A stretch of DNA of 64,000 bases from an uncultured Acidobacteriaceae bacterium (GTDB lineage: Bacteria > Acidobacteriota > Terriglobia > Terriglobales > Acidobacteriaceae), in NCBI GenBank assembly GCA_963718445.1, contig CAVQZI010000001.1, positions 1,706,522 to 1,770,521 of the forward strand, in the 5' to 3' direction. Position numbers and translations under genes: made by a program. Position 1 is the stretch's first letter, and every line of letters starts with the position of its first letter. Of this stretch, positions 58,769 through 64,000 are shown in pieces. Under the pieces are notes generated by a model. That model searched no databases, had not been told where the DNA came from, and saw nothing but the letters and a program-made list of their open reading frames with translations.

Positions 58769-60004
58769 ATGTCCTCAGCGTCGCTATCGTCGCAAAACCG
58801 CAAGCTTGCCGTGCTCTGTCTGGCCAGCTACTACAAGGGCGCCGAGTTCATTCGCGAGTGCCACCGCCAGGGATGCCGCACCTTGCTGCTCACCTCGCAC
58901 AGCCTGAAAGACGAGAACTGGCCGCGCGAGAGCATCGACGAAATCTTCTACATGCCCGATGTGCAGAAGAAATGGAAGCTGGAAGACGCTCTGCTCGGCG
59001 TGAGCTACATGGCGCGAACGGAAAACATCGATCGCATCGTCGCCCTCGATGACTTCGACGTCGAGACCGCCGCAACTTTGCGCGAGCATCTGCGCGTGCC
59101 CGGAATGGGCGACACCACCGTGCGCTACTTTCGCGACAAGCTGGCCATGCGAAGCAATGCCCGTGACCACGGCCTGCTCGTTCCGGCTTTCATTCAGGTC
59201 CTGAATCACGCTCAATTGCGCGGCTTCATGGAGCGCGTCCGTCCGCCGTGGGTGTTGAAGCCTCGCTCCATGGCTGGATCCATGGGAATTAGCAAAATTC
59301 ATCACCCTGACGAATTCTGGGCGGCGGTCGACAAGCTCGGCGACCAGCAATCCTTTTATCTCCTCGAGCAGTACGTCCCGGGTGATATCTACCACGTCGA
59401 TTCCATCTTCTCCGAACGCGAGCCGGCATTTTCCATCGCCAGCCGCTATGGACGTCCGCCGATGGACGTCTCGCAGCAGGGCGACATCTTTACTACCGCG
59501 ACGCTGCCGCTGGACTCAGCTGAGGCACAGCCGTTGATCGCGATGAACCAGGAAGTGATGAAGGCTTTCGGCTTGCTGCGAGGCGCATCGCACAGCGAGT
59601 TCATTCGCGGTCGTGAGGATGGCAGGTTGTACTTCCTGGAGACTTCCGCGCGCGTGGGTGGCGCCCATATTGTCGACCTGATCGAAGTCGCAAGCGGCAT
59701 CAACATGTGGGCGGAATGGGCTAAGGTTGAGATCGGCGGTGGCAAGACCTCATACGCCCCACCTGTTCCGAGGAGAGATTCTGCCGGACTGCTGGTTTCG
59801 CTCGCCCGGCAGGAATATCCCGACACGTCGGCCTACAACGATCCGGAAATCGTGTGGCGCATGAAAGACAAGAAACACCATGTCGGTCTGATTGTTAAGT
59901 CACCGGATCCGAAGCGCGTCCAGGAATTGCTGCAGAATTACGTCGAGCGCATGCGGCAGGATTTTCTCGCTTGGCAGCCCCCACTGGAACGCCCCAACTT
60001 CTAA
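58769..60004 (+). CDS. ATP-grasp-fold ligase of unknown substrate
   Basis: PWVLKPRSMAGSMGI, LLEQYVPGDIYHVDSI, and SHSEFIRGREDGRLYFLETSARVGGAHI follow the ATP-grasp pattern. Confidence 0.75.
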   Translation: MSSASLSSQNRKLAVLCLASYYKGAEFIRECHRQGCRTLLLTSHSLKDENWPRESIDEIFYMPDVQKKWKLEDALLGVSYMARTENIDRIVALDDFDVETAATLREHLRVPGMGDTTVRYFRDKLAMRSNARDHGLLVPAFIQVLNHAQLRGFMERVRPPWVLKPRSMAGSMGISKIHHPDEFWAAVDKLGDQQSFYLLEQYVPGDIYHVDSIFSEREPAFSIASRYGRPPMDVSQQGDIFTTATLPLDSAEAQPLIAMNQEVMKAFGLLRGASHSEFIRGREDGRLYFLETSARVGGAHIVDLIEVASGINMWAEWAKVEIGGGKTSYAPPVPRRDSAGLLVSLARQEYPDTSAYNDPEIVWRMKDKKHHVGLIVKSPDPKRVQELLQNYVERMRQDFLAWQPPLERPNF

Positions 60005-60183
60005 CTTTCCTCCTCGCGAAGTAATTTGCTCAATGTGGGCTTGTGCTTCTCCGCTTTGCCTTTCCGCTTCTTGTCTCCGGGCTCGGCTCGCGTCGGAGGA
60101 GGCGTTCCGACGACCGCGCGAGCTGCAGCTTTCACCGCCGATGTGGCGCGAAACGGCTTCGGCTTCCGGGGTTTCGATGGCAT
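60001..60183 (-). CDS. Small highly basic hypothetical protein (weak call)
   Basis: MPSKPRKPKPFRATSAVKAAARAV...KKRKGKAEKHKPTLSKLLREEES. No motif. Its 3' end overlaps the ATP-grasp stop by 4 nt. Confidence 0.3.
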   Translation of the reverse strand: MPSKPRKPKPFRATSAVKAAARAVVGTPPPTRAEPGDKKRKGKAEKHKPTLSKLLREEES

Positions 60184-60224
60184 GAGAACTTCTCGGCCGA
60201 CCTCAATCATCTTCTATTGCAGCA

Positions 60225-61559
60225 TCATCGGCGAAGCGCACCCTGATTCACCCAATGAAAACCCCTGTTGATCAGTAAGAATCTGTGCGGATCCGACAAA
60301 TCCAACTTGCCTAGATGGGCCGTGAAAGGCCGGCCGTCCATGCGCCCGGTCATGGTCATGCTGTCCGGCTGCGAATTCTCGTAGCTGAGTGAGGCCTTCC
60401 AGTGTTGGCTGCCCAGTTCCGCAAACGTCAGCCTGTTTTGCTGCTCATTCAGCCGTAAATAATACTGCTGCAGACTGCCATCCATCATTTGAATGCTAAG
60501 CAGGTTCGGGGCATCAAAAACGACGTTCTGCCACCGGTCCTTGTCGGTCACCAGCGGCGGATGTGGCACATTGTCCAGCGCGAACTCGTCCACGAACCAG
60601 ATGCCACGCAGCGGCGGCCCAAGATGCGCCGCCTCCCTCGCTTCGTCTATGCGTGCGTAGTACGACGCCATGGAAATCGCAACCACGCCGAATCCGAGCT
60701 GAAAGAGCAAGGCCCACTTGTTCCACTGCTTGTCCTTGAACAACGGCACGCGGCGGGCGGGCTCGACCGGCCGGTTGACGATAAACATGTTCGCCAAACG
60801 GCGCATGTCCGGAAGCAGCAGAATAATGCCGATCACCATGAGATGTATGGAATAGATTTTGCGCGGAACGTCATAGCACAAATTCAGCATCAGCACGTTG
60901 CTCATGACGCCCAACATGACAAGCGATCCCAAAGTGGCAAGTTGTGGCACCAGGAGCAGCAAGCCCCCCAGGACTTCGCCGGCGCCGCCAAACAGGCTGT
61001 AGGCGCGTGACACTCCCATGAACGTCCACAGAAATCCCATCGGTGAGGTCTGTCCCAATGGATCGATCAGTCTCACTAGCGGCGGCTCGGGGAATTGCGC
61101 GCGAAACATCTTGTTGACGCCGTAGCCGATCATCGGGCCCGCCACCGCCAATCGCAGGCCGAGTCTCAGCCATGCATCCAGACGTTCGTAATTCGTGCGC
61201 TTTCGGTCCAGCCACGACCATATAACCGTGGCAATAATGGCCAGCACGAAGACGCAAAAGACCAGAACGTAGTCGTACAGTTCGTCGCCACTGCCGTTCA
61301 GCACCTCGCTGAAATCGCCTTTAAGGTGCAGGACATTTGTTCCTACCCAGGGGACGACGTTGTGCCAGAAGCTGCCCCAAATGGCGCGGTAAGGATTCTG
61401 GATGTTCTGGTCGTGGGCACCCAGTCCACCTACCCCACCCGGCCCCAGGTAGAGAACGAAGTACGCAAAGATGAAGCGGAAGCCGATCCGAGTCGCCAAT
61501 GACCACTGGGGTGTCTCAGGAGATGCGACGGGAGCGTCCCGCTGCAACTGCGGTATCAT
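60225..61559 (-). CDS. Integral membrane protein, DoxX-like N-terminal half plus soluble C-terminal domain
   Basis: Several TM segments (FRFIFAYFVLYL, VLVFCVFVLAIIATVIW, LLLLVPQLATLGSLVMLGVM). Family assignment is tentative. Confidence 0.45.
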   Translation of the reverse strand: MIPQLQRDAPVASPETPQWSLATRIGFRFIFAYFVLYLGPGGVGGLGAHDQNIQNPYRAIWGSFWHNVVPWVGTNVLHLKGDFSEVLNGSGDELYDYVLVFCVFVLAIIATVIWSWLDRKRTNYERLDAWLRLGLRLAVAGPMIGYGVNKMFRAQFPEPPLVRLIDPLGQTSPMGFLWTFMGVSRAYSLFGGAGEVLGGLLLLVPQLATLGSLVMLGVMSNVLMLNLCYDVPRKIYSIHLMVIGIILLLPDMRRLANMFIVNRPVEPARRVPLFKDKQWNKWALLFQLGFGVVAISMASYYARIDEAREAAHLGPPLRGIWFVDEFALDNVPHPPLVTDKDRWQNVVFDAPNLLSIQMMDGSLQQYYLRLNEQQNRLTFAELGSQHWKASLSYENSQPDSMTMTGRMDGRPFTAHLGKLDLSDPHRFLLINRGFHWVNQGALRR

Positions 61560-61704
61560 GAGGGCCCTCTTGATGAGCTGGGGTTGTTATCTTGCGCGCG
61601 CTACCTGCGTTCAGCCCGCTGCCAAGGCTGAGGCATTTTCGCCCGAACGCGGCATTTGTGCAACTTTCCTGACGTTGACGGCGCTGAAAGGTCGCAACAC
61701 GCGC

Positions 61705-61730
61705 AAAAAAGGCTCCCGTTTCCGGGAGCC
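61705..61730 (-). terminator. Rho-independent terminator after the M48 peptidase gene
   Basis: Minus strand GGCTCCCG GAAA CGGGAGCC followed by TTTTTT. Confidence 0.85.
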
Positions 61731-61754
61731 TCTCTTACTCGATTGCTCAATGAC

Positions 61755-62897
61755 TCAGTTGAACGACTGCGAGCCGGAGCCGTCGTTGCGCTTCAGCGTC
61801 GGGCGATCGTCGGCAGGCTGGCTGCCCGAGCCACTGCCGCTATCGTCAGAGGGATGGTCGGCCGTAGCGCGACGCAGCGTTGGCCGGTCTTTGTTGTCTT
61901 TGTCGTTCTGCAACTTGTGCCGGTTCTCCAGCGACGCCAGCCGCGACTTCACATCATCGAACTCGGAGGTGTTGACGATGTACTCGGGTCGCGCCGGTAG
62001 CACCGTCCGCATCTCCTGCTGAGCGGAAGCGACCCGGTCAGGCGTCATGGGATGCGACGCGAACGCCTTGGCCAACGTACCCGGCTTCTTTTTCTCCTGC
62101 GCCTCAATCTTCTCGAAGAACGAAATGAACGACTGCGGATCGTAGCCCGCCTTGTACATGTATTCCATGCCCAGGAAATCGGCTTGAGCTTCGAAGCTGC
62201 GCGAGAACTTCATGAAGGTGAGCGGCACGCCGATACCCATTGCGGCCTGAGTTCCCTCGTACACCGCCCAGCCGCCCGGCACGAAGATCAGCGGGATGCT
62301 GGCCAGATTGACGATATTGCTGCGCGTCTGCTCGCGCGCTACGTGGCAGGCCGCGACGTGTCCGATTTCATGCGCCATAACTCCGGCCAGTTCAGCTTCG
62401 TTGTCGGCGGCCAGAATCAAACCGGAATTCACATAAAAGAAGCCGCCGGGCAGGGCGAAGGCGTTGATGTCATCGGTATCGATGACCTTGATCGTGAAGG
62501 GGACCTTGGCGTCGGAGTTGCGCACCAGGTTCTGTCCGATTCGATTCACGTACTCGGTGATCACCGGATCGCTGACCATCTTGGCGCCGTGCTCCACCAT
62601 CTGCGAGTACTGGCGCCCCATGGCAACCTGCTTGTCCAGCGAGTACCAATTACCAAGTCCCTTGTCACAGCCGACGTTGCGGTTGCCGATCGCGTCGATG
62701 TTCTTCATCGCGTCCGGCGAAGGGGCATTCTTCTCCGGCTTCTCAGGGGCGTACTGGCCATCCGACGATGAGCTCTGCGAGGTAGAGGCTTGGGTTGAGG
62801 AGCCCTGCCCAGACGAGCCCTGGTTCTGGGCGATCCCCAACGGAACCAGCATTAGAGCGAGCAGGCTAATTAGAGAAAATCGCACCGCGGAACGCAT
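61755..62897 (-). CDS. Secreted M48-family metallopeptidase (BepA/YcaL-like)
   Basis: GVMAHEIGHVAACH HExxH. Signal peptide from the ATG at 62897. Ser/Gly/Asp-rich C-terminal tail. Confidence 0.85.
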   Translation of the reverse strand: MRSAVRFSLISLLALMLVPLGIAQNQGSSGQGSSTQASTSQSSSSDGQYAPEKPEKNAPSPDAMKNIDAIGNRNVGCDKGLGNWYSLDKQVAMGRQYSQMVEHGAKMVSDPVITEYVNRIGQNLVRNSDAKVPFTIKVIDTDDINAFALPGGFFYVNSGLILAADNEAELAGVMAHEIGHVAACHVAREQTRSNIVNLASIPLIFVPGGWAVYEGTQAAMGIGVPLTFMKFSRSFEAQADFLGMEYMYKAGYDPQSFISFFEKIEAQEKKKPGTLAKAFASHPMTPDRVASAQQEMRTVLPARPEYIVNTSEFDDVKSRLASLENRHKLQNDKDNKDRPTLRRATADHPSDDSGSGSGSQPADDRPTLKRNDGSGSQSFN

Positions 62898-63177
62898 GAT
62901 GAACACCTTTTTTTGGCCGGGATACACTTCGGCCCAAAACCTTGCCTTCGCCATCAAACCCCAACCGGCGCCAATTGTTGCCGATCGTTACCCCTTATTC
63001 TCTTCCCCTTCGGACCCGAAGTCCACCCCGCTGGAGACTTTGTATCTAAATCAGATGTCACGCCGCCATTAGAGTTTCCATATTTCCGGCTTTCGAGTTT
63101 CAAAATATGGGGCCGACTGCAGCCATCCCGTCCAGCAAGCACTCCGGCCCTGCGTGCTAAACTTTTTGATGGTCCGC

Positions 63178-64000
63178 ATGGCAATGCCGGGCAAAATCCT
63201 GCTGGTGCGCTTCAGCGCCTTGGGCGATGTCATCCAGACATTGCCCATTCTCACCATGCTGAGGGACGGCTTTCCCCAAGCCAAGATCGGCTGGGCCATT
63301 GACACCGAGCTCGCGCCAGCAATTGAAGGTCATCCTGCCCTGGACTACATCCATCGCTGCTCGCGCCGGAGCTGGATGCGAGGCCTTTCGAACCCAGCGA
63401 AGTGGCCCGCTGCCACTCGCGAATTTCAAGCATTTGTGGACGAGGTGCGGGCGGTCCATTACGACGTTTCCATCGACGCCCAAGGTCTGCTCAAGACTGC
63501 GCTGCTGCCTTATGCCGCGGCCATCAAGCGGCGAATCGGCTTCAAACACGGCCGCGAATTCAGCAGTTCCTTCTACACGGAACGGTACATGGATCGGAAG
63601 GAGTATTTCGATCCGGCAGTGTGTCATCTGCAACACATGGCCGATCTGGCACACAGCATCGGCGCCGCGGATGTTCGCCAAACGATTGAGCCGCCGCAGG
63701 TGACCGAGACCGCACGGCAGCGAGTCTCTGCGTTGCTGGATGGCGTGTTCGGAAACGATGCGGCGTTGGTGGCCATGGCTCCCGCAACCCAGTGGGTCAG
63801 CAAGCACTGGCCGGAAGAGTATTGGGTTGCGCTGATCTCGCGTTTGCTTGCCGAGACCGATCTCAACCTGATTTTGCAGGGTTCGGCAGCGGATGCGGAG
63901 GTTGGCGCCCGCATTCTGCGCACCTTCCCGCCGTCCCAGCTTCAGGGGCGCGTGTGTGATCTATTCGGCAAGTTGCCGATTCCGGAGATGTACGCCTTAT
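63178..64000 (+). CDS. Glycosyltransferase family 9 (LPS heptosyltransferase-like), 3'-partial at window edge
   Basis: Not in the ORF track because there is no stop in the window. Hand translation gives MAMPGKILLVRFSALGDVIQTLPILTMLRDGFPQAKIGWAID...VSIDAQGLLKTALL...PATQWVSKHWPEEYW. Confidence 0.8.
   Translation, partial: MAMPGKILLVRFSALGDVIQTLPILTMLRDGFPQAKIGWAIDTELAPAIEGHPALDYIHRCSRRSWMRGLSNPAKWPAATREFQAFVDEVRAVHYDVSIDAQGLLKTALLPYAAAIKRRIGFKHGREFSSSFYTERYMDRKEYFDPAVCHLQHMADLAHSIGAADVRQTIEPPQVTETARQRVSALLDGVFGNDAALVAMAPATQWVSKHWPEEYWVALISRLLAETDLNLILQGSAADAEVGARILRTFPPSQLQGRVCDLFGKLPIPEMYAL

Noticed and set aside
63157-63807. 216-aa minus-strand ORF
   Set aside because: Antisense to the hand-translated GT9 heptosyltransferase, which runs off the window and is therefore missing from the ORF track.

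Overview
High-GC bacterial chromosomal window, densely coded on both strands, about 65 protein genes. No rRNA, tRNA or CRISPR array was seen. The gene content (CarboxypepD_reg-type TonB-dependent receptor, PEP-CTERM-type deacetylase, many secreted peptidases) and the style of the short repeats suggest Acidobacteriota; this is an inference, not verified. The backbone is housekeeping: sdhCAB, murB, fur, dnaG-rpoD, zapA, infC-rpmI-rplT-(esterase)-pheST, mtaB-like, rpsU, rlpA, an atpF'-F-H-A-G-D-C operon lacking atpB/atpE, pcm, a HemQ-like gene, mnmG, arginase, asnS and ggt. Accessory content is small. It comprises a decayed islet between rpoD and zapA (DUF433/DUF5615 pair, RAYT remnant, DUF5131 remnant), a higBA module next to a neprosin-like (DUF239) secreted peptidase, an orphan XRE gene, and a deacetylase/methyltransferase/oxidoreductase/ATP-grasp cluster. 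I could not identify a clear novel multi-gene system. The most unusual signal is a dense population of at least five families of short palindromic or heptamer-periodic repeats. They fill operon-internal spacers, and several copies sit in-frame inside conserved genes (mnmG three times, pheT, dnaG, and the RAYT remnant itself). atpH also carries an apparent 1-nt frameshift, infC and rlpA appear to use non-canonical starts, and one hairpin repeat family shows compensatory stem changes. All homology calls come from motif recognition by eye, with no database search.
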